From positions 1 to 53,854 of IMG/VR virus record IMGVR_UViG_3300021961_000135: a DNA stretch of 53,854 nucleotides. The stretch is one strand, 5' to 3'. The notes beneath the pieces were generated by a model. It ran no database searches. It was not told where the DNA came from and saw only the letters and a program-made list of their open reading frames with translations. The DNA is from a virus. Lineage: Duplodnaviria; Caudoviricetes. Every line of letters starts with the position of its first letter. Position 1 is the stretch's first letter. The translations under genes and the position numbers were made by a program. Positions 53,720-53,854 of the stretch are shown here, in pieces.

Positions 53720-53854
53720 AAGCGCCTCAAAAATCATTGAAGGATTGGGGCGACCAAAAATGGAGAACCAAAAGTGGTAAAAAATCTTCTGACACGGGCG
53801 AGCGATACCTTCCTAGTGCTGCGATTAAAAGTCTCAGCCCTGCTGAGTACGCTG
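53716..53854 (+). CDS. Small basic protein (DUF5872-like), 3'-truncated
   Basis: TTG start overlapping the previous stop; KAPQKSLKDWGDQKWRTKSGK..S..GERYLP. Confidence 0.65.
   Translation, partial: MKAPQKSLKDWGDQKWRTKSGKKSSDTGERYLPSAAIKSLSPAEYA

Overview
This window is most of the genome of a tailed dsDNA bacteriophage, truncated at both ends. The gene set and order resemble uncultured podovirus-like freshwater phages; a betaproteobacterial host is an inference only. The + strand carries 43.4-53.9 kb (terminases, portal, GroES-like protein, scaffold, Mu-gpT-like capsid, small basic proteins) and 1-19.5 kb (lysozyme, tail/stabilisation protein, putative ejection proteins, and a 3593-aa polyvalent protein). 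The - strand (43.0 to 19.5 kb) carries small early genes, an amidoligase + class II glutamine amidotransferase pair, an RNA polymerase alpha-CTD homologue, family A DNA polymerase, exonuclease, HNH, SNF2 helicase, SSB-like protein and a DUF927 primase-helicase. No integrase, canonical tRNA or CRISPR array was seen. The most unusual signals are non-coding: (1) a 75-nt tRNA-like cloverleaf with two T-arms and no D- or anticodon arm; (2) a 17-bp palindrome repeated through the early region, including inside genes; (3) a 360-bp ungapped block-symmetric inverted repeat around an AT-rich core (probable origin); (4) a dispersed 11-mer; (5) a 16-bp operator-like palindrome at promoters; (6) a pseudoknotted RNA downstream of the capsid gene. 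All protein calls come from motif recognition by eye; no database searches were run.
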